From contig CDLV01000016.1 in the NCBI GenBank assembly GCA_001244265.2, positions 992,001 through 1,056,000 on the forward strand: a stretch of DNA of 64,000 bases, in the 5' to 3' direction. Every line of letters begins with the position of its first letter. Within the stretch, counting starts at the first letter, position 1. The notes under the pieces were generated by a model. That model was not told where the DNA came from, made no database searches, and saw only the letters and a program-made list of their open reading frames with translations. The position numbers were made by a program, and so were the translations under genes. Shown here piece after piece: positions 63,023 to 64,000 of the stretch. Origin of the DNA: Microbotryum violaceum (lineage: Eukaryota).

Positions 63023-64000
63023 ATGAGCTCTACGTCAAAGCTGTGGCCACCGACGATCGTGTCGTGCTCAGGCAAGGTCTTGCTCGCCGGAGGTTACCTC
63101 GTACTCGCTCGTCACCACCACGGCTTTGTGCTGTCCACCCCGTCGAGGTTCTACACCGTAGTACGCGATTGCAATCTCTCACAAGAACGAGAGCGAACCG
63201 ATCCTTTGACGTTCAAGATCACGGTCGACTCACCTCAATTCGTGGGAGCGAGATGGGTGTACGACGTCGCGAGGGCTGAGCACGCCGACGGCACGGACCA
63301 GTGCATAGTACGACCTGACCGGTGAGTGCACTTACCCGAGTAACGATCCCGGAACGTACACACCCCTCAACCGGTTCTGAGCTTCGACTGGCCATCCACG
63401 CAGGAACAACGCATCTTCCAATCCTTTTGTGCATCTCGCGATCCAGTCGACCCTCTTGCTCGCTTCGGCCTTGTTCCCTTCGCTCGGCAGCTCGCTCGCC
63501 CTCTCCGATCTGCACATCGTCGTGGTCGGATCCAACGACTTTTACTCCCAGCAACGTGCAGTGAGTACGCTACGGAGTAAAAGGGGGGGAACTAAACCAG
63601 CGCTGACAGTGAACGAGCCTAACCCTACAGGACTCGACCGAAAGCTCACCGTCTCTGAAACCCTTTGCCCATCTCGGCTGCGCGATCGCGGACGTCCACA
63701 AGACCGGCCTAGGTTCCTCCGCCGCCATGACCACCTCCCTCGTCGCCGCCTTACTACTCCACCTCGACTCGAGAGCCTCCAACCTCTGTTCCCCTCTTCC
63801 TCCTCCTCCTCCTCCGAACTCTTCGACCCAATTCGCTACCCCCCCATCTTCGAACGCGTCAAGCACTTTATCAACTTCCCTTTCTTACCCAATCAAATTC
63901 CCCAAGAACCTAATCGCCAATTCTCAACTCAGGATTGATCAGGGTACGTTGGGATTGATTCATAATTTGGCGCAGTACGTGCATTCACTCGCGCAGGGTA
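63023..64000 (+). CDS. ERG8: Phosphomevalonate kinase, 5' part (runs off the window)
   Basis: SCSGKVLLAGGYLVL, SPQF, NPFV, NDFYSQ, the GHMP motif KTGLGSSAAMTTSLV, IHNLAQYVHSLAQG. Confidence 0.92.

Overview
Eukaryotic, intron-rich fungal DNA. Short GT-AG introns with CTGAC/CTAAC branch points, the gene content and the TE types point to a basidiomycete, probably Pucciniomycotina/Microbotryomycetes (inference). I reconstructed about 20 spliced genes by eye: DUF726, DHFR, a NIPA-type Mg transporter, SYS1, a UXT-like prefoldin, SCP2, an MFS transporter, SSE1/Hsp110, GGT, GIT1, MDM12, TCD1/2, an orphan multi-pass membrane protein, GTR2, an Amun-like HhH protein, VPS39, a low-complexity protein and the 5' part of ERG8. 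Accessory islands interrupt them: a dead PIF/Harbinger element (3.5-5.7 kb), a repeat/foldback island (10.3-14.5 kb), a second foldback (22.6-23.6 kb) and a rolling-circle TE island (47.2-53.1 kb). The most interesting unexplained signals are: (1) three unusually long introns that fold into nested stems, one apparently sequestering its own 5' splice site in the Mg-transporter gene; (2) two large CpG-mutated inverted duplications; (3) a perfect 22-bp hairpin; and (4) catalytic-motif substitutions in GTR2 and DUF726. Family calls come from motif recognition without database searches. Exon boundaries are manual, and no new system is proven.
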